From Phyllobates terribilis (Eukaryota): DNA of 62,500 nt. Below, one piece after another: positions 1-11,494 of the stretch. The number at the start of each line of letters is the position of its first letter. Within the stretch, counting starts at the first letter, position 1. Under the pieces are notes generated by a model. That model searched no databases, had not been told where the DNA came from, and worked only from the letters and a program-made list of their open reading frames with translations. Where the stretch lies: assembly GCF_046119375.1 (NCBI RefSeq), contig NW_027367053.1, forward strand, positions 1 through 62,500, read 5' to 3'. The translations under genes were made by a program, and so were the position numbers.

Positions 1-98
1 ATTCCTATAATGCTTAGAAAACATAAGATAGATCAAATGTAGCGTTTATCATCATTAAAACAAAGGGAGTGATTAGTCTAAGCAAGCTCAAACTAACA

Positions 99-120
99 AT
101 TTCCCCCTTTTGATGATGAC
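99..120 (-). other. Polypurine tract and junction inverted-repeat arm of element A; a second PPT-like motif at about 325-350
   Basis: Minus strand reads TCATCATCAAAAGGGGGAAAT then TGTTAG (LTR start). An upstream copy TTTGACGATGTTAAAAGGGGGAAGA fits the multiple-PPT pattern of Sireviruses. Confidence 0.8.
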
Positions 121-678
121 AAACACTTAAACAGTGTAAGCACATCTATTTCAAAATGTACTTAGTTAAGCTATAAGATATAAAGTGAAGATCAAACTGA
201 TACTTAACAGATTGACCAAATCTACTCAAAATCTTTCTATAGCCAGTTAGCAAGTGTACCTTTATTTTCCCGTAGACCAAGACGGTCTAACTTCTTTCCA
301 AGTAGTTGAATAGATTTACCTGTTTTTCTTCCCCCTTTTAACATCGTCAAATATGCAACATAACTCATGCAAAGGGAACTAATAGTGGAAAGGAAACCTG
401 CTTAACTCAATAAGCAAGTAAATCAGGACATTCAACACAATAAAGAAAAGTGTAACCAAGTAGATCAGCGCATGATTATAGAAACAAAAAGCATATTGTC
501 ATTCATTAAAATCTTACACCTTTGTAGTTGGGGGTCCTAAAGTACTAGTTAAACTTAAACACACAAAAAGCACAAAGAGAAGCAAAATAGACACAAGACA
601 AGACACCCTAAGCATCACGCTTTATGGTAAGGGCGCCCAGGGTTTGAAGCATGTTGCTTTGCTTTTCTTGTTTATCGG

Positions 679-2239
679 TTAAGAGTTGGATCTGTGTATG
701 AAGATCAACAAGTCATTTCTCGACTGTGGCGTGTAAGGACTGGATAGCTGATACAATGCTTGAAGAGTCATTGGCAGGGAGTGTAGCTGGCTCTCTGGAT
801 ATGGTACGGGAAGAGCTCGTTCATGGCGGGAGTGCCTTGGAAGGCTTTGCAACTAGCTCAGTTACCTTTTCCATGGTGAGAACGTCATTGAAGCTAGTCT
901 CAGAGACTGACTTTTACATTCATTCGTTCCTCAACATTCTAGCAATGATGTGTGGAAAAGGAAGAGGGAATCCATGGTGATATCGACTTAGAACCATGTG
1001 AGAAAACATGATTTTTACTGTATTGACTAGCTCTCCATTAAGGCATTGTGCCATGATGAAACAATATTAAATGGTCACAAGATCCATATTTGTGTTGCGA
1101 GGTGTGATGCTCTTCACTATGAAATGATGAATAAGGCGTTTCGATGCTGAGAGATGCTCGGTCTTCAGTATCGCTCGCACGTTCTTCCCAAATACTGCCT
1201 CCTTGATCTTGGTTGAGCCGCTTGGATAATTTTTCTTGTACAAGCGCCCAAAGCCTAACAAAGATCCATCTGGACCTGGATCTTGACCAATTGCCTTCGC
1301 TGAGTCCTTCACTTTGAAGCTTTCCTCAACATTGTTGATCCACACAAAACTGAGAGTAGTAGGTTCGCCAGATGCAGAAGAAGAACTGGACAAACAAGAA
1401 TAAAATTGTCGTACCAGATCTAGGTCCGCTTTACTAACCTCAGTTTCCAGCTTGTCCCAATTCTGTAACTTGAGCAGTTGTCTAAACCGGTTTGAGCCTG
1501 ATGATTCCTCTATCGCATGTAGGATCTCTGGGGGTACGATCAGAGGAGAGAGTATTTCTCGCTTTGAGATAGTTGGAGGAATCAGAGGAAACTCTGATAA
1601 GACTGCCTTAGGCTCTTTCTTTGACTTCTTCCTGCTTTGCTGCTTCACCTCCTAATTTAATGTCCTTGTAGGAGTCGATTCAGCACTTTCTTCCTTAGAC
1701 AATACTGGCTCTTCCTCAATCTCTTCTAATTTGCGTTTCCCTGCTGCTTTGGACTCGCTCTTTTCTTCCATAAAAAGCTTGTGTTGAGCTGGAGCAAAGT
1801 CCTCGTCATCCTCATCTTGAAACAAGGCAGCAAGAGAAGGAGAGGGTTTGGAGGAGGAGGAGATAAGCTGTTGATTCCCTGGTTTATCCGGGGTTGAGAA
1901 GACTTCAGGCTCAACCTTCTTCATATCAGTAAGTACCTTAGCAATTGTCTCTGTTGGATCAGTGAGGAGAATTATCTCTTTGCATGCGGCAGCAGCTTGA
2001 CTTTCACCAATCTCTAAAGTCACTTTACCCTGAGGAGCGTCTTTTTTCTGGAGATGGTGAGAGAGGTGGTGGGGGGAAGGAGTAGCTACCTTCTTCGAAG
2101 TCACTGGGGACTTAGTAGACCCCTGAGAAGCCAAATGCCGGCATTTCACGATTGCATCAATATCATCTTTACTCACTTTGGAGAATTCCTCAAGAAGTTG
2201 TTCCTTTGTAAGACCTTCTAGTGGTGATTTGTCGGCCAT
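679..2239 (-). pseudogene. Sirevirus env-like ORF, about 520 codons, broken by in-frame stops
   Basis: ORFs 1652-2239 and 1067-1648 are in one frame, separated by a single TAG. The frame continues past the TAA at 1067 into HMVLSR..PLPFPHIIARML, matching the second copy at 7364-7987. It lies between gag and the PPT, where Sirevirus env-like ORFs sit. Confidence 0.75.
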
Positions 2240-4099
2240 TTAGAAATGAGGAGTTTGGGGTTTTGAGGGATTTCTGTTTGCTTTAGGCCTATTGAGGGGC
2301 TAATTGCACGAGATATGGTGTAGCGAGAGAGATTGAGTAGTAGTAGTAGTAGGGAGAGAGAATATGATAAACACGGTAAAATAATTTTTAAGTGAATACC
2401 AATGCTTATATAGACTCCCTTTCCTTGTAAGTTTCGTATCAATCTTGAGATCTCGCAATGGTACACTACAAGGGATACTCTTTCAACGGCTATATTCAAA
2501 CGGCTAGATTCACTGAGGCACACAAAGGCTACATGCAGACTTGCTTTAATTGATTCTGATTAATGAACAACAAGTGTAACTGCAAAAGACTCGCTGGAGC
2601 AACCTCAGACAATGCGCTAGCAACTACTATGATGCGCTGTGAAGTCTAAGTGTGGCTTTTCTGAATCCATTTAGACTGGATCCCTGAGCCACGTAGCCTT
2701 TCCTAATCTATTTATACTAGATCACATGGCTACATGTCTAGACTTCACCTTGGGAACCGTAATTGAATGCCTTCCTCATTAAGCAAACCCTCTGTGCTAA
2801 GCTAACTCAATAGCAACTCATACTGCCTGGAAGTAACTCTTACCCATCGCTTGATCATTCTTAGGAGTGTAAAGCAAGTGTATATATGCACCAAATGTGA
2901 CATTTAAGCAAGCAAATATTAACAAGAAATGCACATTTCATAACATGGGACATAACACACTCACACTCAGTATTTAATGAACATATAGCTATGTGCATGA
3001 TAGGGGTAACTGGCTTTTACACAATAATGAATACTTCATGTATGGATTTAATCATGGGTAAGGAAGCGTTACATCAATTTTAGGCTTGGGACACCTTAGA
3101 AATGGATCATTTATTAGGCATGTAATTGGGCAAGAAGACGATCACCGTTCTCTGTTTGTGACACATAAGAAGAGCATGCAGTTTTTCAAGACTATAATCA
3201 ATAGCTTTCATACAATATACTACCTTAGCTAGATTGGCTTGTGTGAAGATAAGCATGAAAATCAAGCAAGCAAGAAATCCAACTAAAGTTCCCAGAGTAG
3301 AATTAGAAAGCATATTTCATAGTCAAAGTATAGGGGAACTTACAGTCCATCTCTTGTTCTTCTAATAAGGTAAGAAGGAAAACCAAAGAGGCTAAAGGAT
3401 TATAAAGATATCTGAGTAAAACGCCTTTAGAGAGATGAATTGCATCTTTGGCTCTTTTGGAAGTATTAGTCATAGCTCAACGAGTATAGAAATAGAGTCG
3501 CTTGAATCTTCAAAGACTCGCTTGAACTATCTGAGTCTCGCTTTGAGAGTATAGATGTAGCTTTATGAACAAGTGTAACTAGCTATGCCAGAAGCCAATA
3601 CTTTACCACATGATATACATCTCATGTATGATAAGAGTGAAAGAGATGTTGGTTAGAACACGCTTGATTTTGTCAATTTAGCATTGAAGGAGATAACAAG
3701 ACTCCTTTGCTTATTAAGGATGGGAGTATATTTAGATAATCCATTTGCCTTCTACTCTGCACCCTTTCCTGCAAAATCAAATCAAGCAGTGGCCAACAAA
3801 GTATTGACTTCGTAGGAACGTTAGAGCTAGCGATTCCAGAATTGGAAGGTAGAATTTCATCTTCATAGTTCTAGGAACTCACTCTGAATAGTCATCATCA
3901 CAAAGACATGGCACGGGATGAGTTTTACCTATATGAGGTAACACTCATTGTGCTCCTACTTGTTCGTATTTAGCTTGTAAGGGCTTTGTACATACAAGTA
4001 GAGTCTTAGATGACTCGTTCAAAGCAAGTTGGTCTATCTCAAGACTCGCTTGAATGAGCGTATCCTTAGATATAGTCATAACAGACTTTCAGGAAATAT

Positions 4100-5282
4100 A
4101 ATCACTCAAATCAAGCTTGTCCTCAGATTTACTCGCTTGATTGAGTACACCCACAGATATAGAGAGGGGGTGTAGGGGGGGCAGCTAGTATAGGTTCTGG
4201 GTCAAGAACACTTACCTCAACTTCAGGTATAAGAGCTGGCTCTGGAATAGGTTGAGCGACTGTGAAGCAATTCTCAGGATCTTCACCAACGTCGACTTCA
4301 TCATCAGAATCGCCCCATAAAGTAACAAAGGCCTTCTAGGAGGTGTTCCAGATCCACCTTCTTCTTCATTTGGATCTACCTTTTCACTTGGACAATCTCT
4401 AGAGAGATGTCCTCTACTTGAGCATTTGTAGCACGTAATGTTCTTGAGGTTGAATGGCTTGTTTTCCTTTGGATCTCTGTCCTTGGTAGTTATGAAAAAC
4501 TTCTTATTGAAGAACCTCTTGAATAGCTTAGTCATCATCGCTACTTCCTAGTCTTTTTCATTTTCAGACTCATCATTATCCTCGGCCTTTTGAAGTATGC
4601 GAGTGAGCTTGAGAGCGACTCCTTGGGTATCTATCGATGTTATTGACTCCTTTTGATCCTCAGCTTCATGCACTCTTAATTTACCAGCAAGAAAAGATAC
4701 ATGCAAGCCTTTTGTTTCTTTGGTCATTAGCAATTATTCGTTTAGTTGTGTCAAACTTAGAGTTAACACCATGGATAAAAGCGAGAGTGAATTCCCAGGG
4801 TTCTACCTTGAGTCCCGCGGAGGACATCTTATCACATTATACCTGGAACCGGGAATGATAATCTGAGACAGACTCGCTCTCCCCCATCTTAAACGAATGG
4901 AAGTCCCTTTGAAGCTCGAATCGACGATTGCTCTTCATATACTCGTTGTCACTGTGCATATTGATGATAGCGTTCCACATGAGCTTGGCAGTGGATAGAG
5001 ACATGATTTTGTCGATGTCCATTCGTGAGAGAGCATTGAGGATGAGTTGCTTCTCCTTGGCATTCTTCTCTATCATAGCATACTCAATTGGTCCCCATTT
5101 GTATGTGTCGGTTTCTTCTTTGAGAGTTTCTTCACCTTTTCAATGATTCTCCAACATTGATAGACAGTTTGTTGGATATAGTTCTTAGTCATCGTGAGCC
5201 ACCATTATAGTTCACCCTCAAGTATACTATATGGCTTAGCCAAAGATATCCCTAGGTTGAAAGAGTGTTTTTCATTGCCCAT
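4100..5282 (-). pseudogene. copia gag (element A), frameshifted
   Basis: ATG at 5282, just after the PBS. Contains the UBN2-type core (DIDKIMSLSTAKLMWNAI..RRFELQRDFHSFKMGESESVSDYHSRF) and the zinc knuckle CYKCSSRGHLSRDC. The 3' end is approximate. Confidence 0.85.
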
Positions 5283-5333
5283 GATTTAGACTAGAGAGTA
5301 AGAATCAAATCTGTGCAAGATTGAGCAACCTGA

Positions 5334-5345
5334 GCTCTAATACCA
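5334..5345 (-). other. Primer-binding site (tRNA-Met initiator type), element A
   Basis: Minus strand TGGTATTAGAGC, one mismatch to the canonical TGGTATCAGAGC, 2 nt from the LTR-terminal CA. Confidence 0.85.
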
Positions 5346-5347
5346 AT

Positions 5348-6781
5348 TGTGGATTTTGACTAGTGAGGATCGAGATAGATAAAGCGAGTGTAACTAGATA
5401 TGATAATGTTACACTTACTCTAAATCCAATGCACAAATGCTAGTAAGCTAGTGTACAAGGATAGTATTCAACAAAGCGAGTATATATAAAAATGAATCGT
5501 TATTGAACACTTAATAGAGTAGCTTTGATCGACTAGCTCTTTATAGAAGAGTAGCTCGATAGACTAGCTTAAGCGTTTTTACGATGCGAAAATGGAAAAA
5601 CACACAAAGCGAGTCTAAGTCCCTTTGTAAACACAACAAGCGAGTAACTAGTGTGTTTATATGTAGAGATTAGAGACTTAGCCACACTAAGAACTTTAGA
5701 TTGTTAGAAATCAAGTTCAGCCTAATATGAACAAGGATTTGGTAAGGTGAGAACCCTTGGATTAACTCAAGCCCGGGATGAAACTCACCACTATATTGAT
5801 TATATCAAATGAAGATTACAAACACTCGCTCTCTCCACTCAATACAATCGTGTTCAGCCCAAATACAAGTCTGCTACTCTCAAGGAATTGTTGACTCACT
5901 TGCTCCCTCTAAGATCACTAGCTTTTCACCCTAAACACTCAATCCTACTAACCTCCCAACTTTCCTGTCTTGTTGTGATCTTCCCTAACCACTCAACTAT
6001 ACTAACTCTCAGGGTTTCAGATTTCTCTCTTGGGATAGCTTCTCCTAAGCTCACTAGGTTGTTTCTCACTCTATGAGGTTCTCAAGCTCGTGCTTTAACA
6101 AATATCTATCGCACCTATATATAGAACTTCCTAAACTTATTCCCCAAGAAAGGAATTCTATTACATATTGCAACAAAGCTCCACGCTGGCAATCTGTGCG
6201 TCGATCCACCAAGGAGCACCACAAATTCCACACGCTTCCACTTTTCTTGAGGAACAAACTTGTAACAAACTTGTCCATGCTGGCAATCCATCCCACACAA
6301 CTCGCAAGCCTTTTATTCGTCCAGCCTGGCGATCCTCGTCCCTCGCTATCCATGGTAAGAAACACATTATTCACCATCCTTAGCTTCTCGACTTTCCCAT
6401 TAGCTACACCCGAATACCCTACACGTTGGTGCATGGATTCCACCTGGGACCTCACTTGTTTCACTTGTTTTGAAGCAAAGGATTCACTAGCTTGCAGTGA
6501 CTCTTCATGCGCTACACTAGTCCTTCGCCTTCAACGCTCTTATCTTCTCTTCACTTCAGAGTTGATTTAGTTTCTTCAGGTTTGGTTGGGACTGTCTTTG
6601 CTATGTTCTCTATCTTGGCAAGGCTCAAATCTAGTCTCTAGCTTATTCACTTGGTCAAAGCGACTCTCTTGGCTTCTTAATCTATTCCTGCAATGCTTAG
6701 AAAGCACAAGATAGATCAAATGTAGTATTTATCATCATCAAAACAAAAGGAGCGATTAGTCTGAGCAAGCTCAAACTAACA
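5348..6781 (-). repeat. LTR of family A (1434 bp, TG...CA), flanked by a PBS on one side and a PPT on the other
   Basis: Bounded by the PBS at 5334-5345 and the PPT at 6782-6795. Its end matches window positions 1-98. It contains repeated AAGCGAGT motifs. Confidence 0.85.
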
Positions 6782-7987
6782 ATTTCCACCTTTTTGATGA
6801 TGGCAAACACTTAAACAGTGTAAGCACATCTATTTCAAAATGTACTTAGTGAAGCTATAAGATATAAAGGGGAGCTTAAACTGATACTTAACAGATTGAC
6901 CAATTCTGCTCAAAACCTTGCTAAAGCCACTTAGCAAGTGTATCTTTATTCCCCCGTATACCAAGACGGTCTAACTTCTTTCCAATTAGTTGAATAGATT
7001 TACCTGTTTTTCTTCCCCCTTTTAACATCGTCAAATATGCAATATAACTCATGCAAAGGGAACTAATAGTGGAAAGGAAACATGCTTAACTCAATGAGCA
7101 AGCAAATCAGGACATTCGGCACAATAAAGCTAGGTGTAACCAAGTAGAGCAACGCATGATTATAGAAACAAAAAGCATATTGTCATTCATTAAAATATTA
7201 CACCTTTGTAGCTGGGGGGTCCTAGAGTACTAGTTAAACTTAAACACGCAAAAAGCACAAAGAGAAGCAAAATAGACACAAGCAAAGACACCTTAAGCAT
7301 CACGCTTTCTGGTAAGGGCGAACAGGGTTTGAAGCATGTTGCTTTGCTCTTCTTGTTTATCGGTTAAGAGCTGGATCTGTGTATGAAGATCAACAGTCGC
7401 TTCTTGACTGTGGTGTGTAAGGACTGGATAGCTGATACAATGGTTGAAGAGTCACTAGCATGGAGTGTAGCTGGCTCTCTATATATGGTACGAGAAGTGC
7501 TCGCTGATGCTGGGAGTGACTTGGAAGGCTTTGCAACTAGCTCTGCTACCTTTTTCATGGTGAGAACGTCATTGAAGCTAGTCTCAGAGATTGGCTTGTA
7601 CATTCCTTCGTTCCTCAGCATTCTAGCAATGATGTGTGGAAAAGGAAGCGGACATCCAAGGTGAGCTCGACTCAGAACCATGTGATAAAACTTGATTTGT
7701 GTTGTATTGACTAGATCTCCGTTAAGGCACCGTGCCTTGATGCAGCAATCTGAAATGGTCACCAGATCCATATTGGTGTTGTGAGGCGTGATGTTCTTCA
7801 CAATGAAATGATGAAGAAGGCACTTTGATGCTGAGAGATGGTCGGTCTTCAGTGTCACTGACACGTTCTTCCCAAATACTGTCTCCTTGATCTTGGTTGA
7901 ACCACTTGGATAATTTTTCTTGTACAAGCGTCCAAAGCCTACCGAAGATCCATCCGGACCTGGAACTTGACCAATTGCCTTCACTTT
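6782..7987 (-). mobile_element. Second, truncated copy of the family A internal 3' region (PPTs + C-terminal env-like ORF 7364-7987)
   Basis: Colinear with 99 to about 1315 at roughly 90% identity by eye. Confidence 0.85.
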
Positions 7988-8155
7988 CTCCAGGATGCAT
8001 CTTGAAGGCATGAAACTCTCTTTGAAGATTGTACTTGCGATTGTTTTTCATGTCGTTGCTCCCTTTGTGGATGGAAAAGATGGCCGCCCAAATTTCCTTG
8101 GCAGTGGCTATGCTAATCACCTTGTCTATGTCAATCCGTGTGAGTCCAATGAGGA
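7985..8155 (-). pseudogene. About 170-bp fragment of family B gag
   Basis: Matches about 19455-19626 (DIDKVISIATAKE.W.AI.SIH.GS.DMKNNR), about 14 mismatches by eye. It is clearly more distant from the family A gag. Confidence 0.85.
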
Positions 8156-10052
8156 CTCTCCAACTCGGACAAGTCAAACCTAGCAATTTGAATAGATCTA
8201 AACAACCTACGTAGCTAAGCTAGATAGATAAATAGCATTCAATAAAACCATTTAAGATCAAGAGAGATGAAACAAATCCAATAATATAATTTAGAACCAA
8301 GATAAAAGTCTTACAAACCAATCATCTGCATGCTTCAACCTGATGAACAAAGTAAGGAGACTACTATTGCCTCATTATAAACTACATAAACTAATGAATA
8401 TTGGATAACAATGGATGGGAAGGAGGCAAAGCTCTCAACCCTATTATAAACAACTCCTAAAAAGCCCCGCTCAAAGCTTCTTCTGAAACTAGGTAAAAAG
8501 GCCCGACGAATCTCGCATCAAAGAAAAGGGTCGGCCACAAGCCTAGTCGGGCGCGGGTGTGCACAAGTGGGCGTGTGCACGCCATCATTCAGGGCCTTGG
8601 CGCGGTCGCTCCACCTAGTGCACGGTCGAGCCACCTTGCAGGCCCTAGTCGCGGCTGCGTCTTTGTGTGTGCGCGATCTTGATTTGTCCTTTGGCCATTT
8701 TCTTTTCGTTCTTCTCCTGAATGTCTGTAATCCTCCTATTTAACACCTTTGCTCTACGAGGTCCGGAATACAATCATATGCTCCAAATCATGGCCAATTC
8801 GCCTATAAATGATGCTAACGACCACTTGTGCGCTGGACTAAACATCTCCAATCAAACCTCCACACTTAAACCTTTCTCATCCTCAAGTAAGCTACAGCTA
8901 ACTACTTGGCGATCTCAGTGAGTATGGAAGACTTGACAGTAGTGGTCGTCGAATCAACACTTTAGCTCCTGTGTACCTACAATCATCAAAGCATGGGCCT
9001 AGACTCTTACTCTACTAGAAATCTCAATAACAATGCAAGACTCAACAATGACATCAATCAATCCCCAAACTTGAATTATGCTTATCCTACACAAATACAC
9101 TAATCATGAATCTCTACACTATGCAAGAGATGTATCTATTCAAGTAATACGTGAAGGATGATAACGTAAGATCAAATAAATGACAAATTATTTTCCTAAC
9201 ATGCTTCATAATCTATTGTAAGAATTCACAAGCTCCAATACCATTGAAAGCATACAACACATCACAACTCAACTCAAGTACTACCATATATAACCTTTTT
9301 ATTGCTTCTATTCATCTTATTCATGTATTTCTCACTTTAAACCCACTTATTAGGTATTGGGTCCGTCCGTCTTATGGTTCGGGCCAACTAATGAGACTCT
9401 TTGCTTATTTAGTCATGGAGGATCGAACACGGAGTGATCTTCCACACCACGGAGATCGCATGCTCTTCCGACTTATTTCACTAGGATTTCACTACCTTTT
9501 ACTTTCTTTTATGCAATTTGTAATGAAAAAGGATGGAAGAAAAATATTATGAGAACATGACAGAACAAGAGATGAGATAGTAAAAGTGCAATTCTAGTAT
9601 TTGTCCTAATGCATCCTAATCATAATCCACATGCTCAAGTCAAAGTCCTCAATTTGATCAATCGTATCATCATCCTACATAATTGCAATATTAACAATCA
9701 AAGGCATAGTAAAAATATACAAAATCATCACGCCATAATAAGAGCTAACAAAGTATCAAATAGGGGGAAATTATGATAACCGCCACTAAAATTCAAAACA
9801 AACTCAAAAATTCAAATAATAAGGATATTTGAGATAATTCCCCTCCCCCACACTTAAACTACACAATGTCCCTATTGTAATATAAATAACAAAGATAAAA
9901 TATAGATGGAGTTAGAAAAATACCTCTTTTGACGGGTTGCCTCCTGGATAGCGCCTTTGGTTAAAGTCGTAGGCCCGACTTCTTGCTCTCTATCAACCAG
10001 CACATGGCCCCCCAAAGGCCATCCCATCTATAAATCTTCTCCTCTTCCTTAC

Positions 10053-11417
10053 TGACAAGGCCAAAATGGTCGTTATGTTTGTCAAAATAATATTTATAAA
10101 ACCTCACTAACTTCTCTACAATTAGAGTGGTAAGCAAGGGTCGATCCCACAGGGAGTCAGGTATTCAATTCTTGTGTAATTAATAAGATCAAATTTATTA
10201 ATGATAAAAGGGGGAAATTGGATTGATGCTAAGTTACTAAATTAATCTAGGAAAGCAATAGAGAAAATACCTTATTCAGAGGGTATCCACACAACGGAAT
10301 GATTGGTTTGATCATAGACTTCCTAATTACTAATCAGGTTCATTCTATCAATTTACATATTACGATTGTCCTAATCCATTTACTAGAGTTGCTAATTAAG
10401 TCAACTAGTCCTAACAATGTCTTACCTACCAACCTAGCCTTGAAACTATCAAGACTAACTCCTAGGCAGCATTAAGTTCATGAATAGATAGGAAAGTGTA
10501 TTGCCCTTGGCGCCTATACCTCATTAATCTCCTCATCCTACAAGTCCAACTAGTCCAAGTAGATATTTGTGCCACTAAGTAGGCAATGTTCTCCAACTAG
10601 GATAAACCAGGGCCTAGCTATATGAAATAGATCTATAAACATAGGTGATCAATCTAGATAAACAAATTACAATACAAGCAAGAGATTAAAACAACTCAAA
10701 TAATATATTTTCATTAGAACCAAAGGAGAAAGTCTACAAATCAACCATCTGCATGCTTCAACCTGGAGAACAATGAAAACTCCCTCTATAAACTCTCTAA
10801 ATTAACCTAGAACTAAGCATGAGAAGGAGGCAAGATCTGCTCCCTTATTTATAGAAGAGAGAAACCCTAAAAACAACCTAAAGGGGCCCAAGCTCGTAGC
10901 CCAAGTAAAAGTAGGTAAAAAGGCCCAAAACAATCCTGCAAGAGAAGATCAATCCATGGCTGAAGACCCAGGGCGGTGCGATCGCGCTTCTAACGGAGCG
11001 GGCACGTCCGCCCCAGTGAGTAGGGCGCGGCCGCGTCCTAGCTTCTGCGGAATAGCAACGTCCATAAAATCGTCATAACTTTTGACTCACAAATCCTATT
11101 GCGCTCATATTTTCAAGTCTTCAAGTAAACTTCAATATCTAACTTCTCGAATTGGAATCATCTCAATCTGATATAGGATCAGGGAGAACGAGCCATCTGA
11201 ACTCATCTCAACATCTCAGCACTTCTTCTCGCGTGCGCGAACTTGCTTCGTACTTTGGCCGTTTCCTCTTAGGTATTCACCCAAATATTTGTATTCCTTG
11301 TGTTAACACCTTTTTCTCGTGAGGTCTGGAACACACTAATACGCTCAAAATCATGGCCAGTTTGTCTATGAACATGATAACGACCACCATTTATGCCGTA
11401 TTAAATGTCGCTCATCA
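10053..11417 (-). mobile_element. Solo LTR of a sister Athila-like subfamily (1365 bp)
   Basis: TG...CA termini and a perfect 5-bp TSD CTTAC at 10048-10052 and 11418-11422. Both ends resemble the neighbouring LTRs; the middle is divergent. Confidence 0.9.
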
Positions 11418-11494
11418 CTTACACAGTAGGATCTCATGCCTTGCCGCTTCCTAATCCTGTTGTCGTACCACCCTCTCTTCTTCTTCTTCCTAAT

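Larger units (their letters stand above)
1..6781 (-). mobile_element. Sirevirus-type (SIRE/Maximus) Ty1/copia element A, non-autonomous (gag + env-like, no recognisable pol); 3' LTR runs off the window start
   Basis: PBS at 5334-5345, 5' LTR 5348-6781, gag with CCHC knuckle, env-like ORF, PPT 99-110. Bases 1-98 match the LTR end at about 6684-6781 (about 10 mismatches in 98 by eye). An inverted repeat TTTGTCATCATCAAAA / TTTTGATGATGATAAA spans the PPT-LTR junction, a Sirevirus signature. Confidence 0.85.

Noticed and set aside
726-980. Plus-strand ORFs 726-980 and 7383-7664 as a conserved small gene
   Set aside because: They are the antisense shadow of the duplicated env-like ORF; their similarity comes from the duplication.
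1649-1654. Single in-frame TAG between two env-like ORFs as programmed read-through, as in SIRE-1
   Set aside because: The context is TAG GAG GTG, not the CARYYA read-through motif, and other stops break the same frame. A nonsense mutation is more likely.
6073-6570. 165-aa ORF (and overlapping ORFs) at 6.0-6.5 kb
   Set aside because: It lies inside the LTR, has no recognisable motif, and overlaps ORFs on both strands; likely chance.
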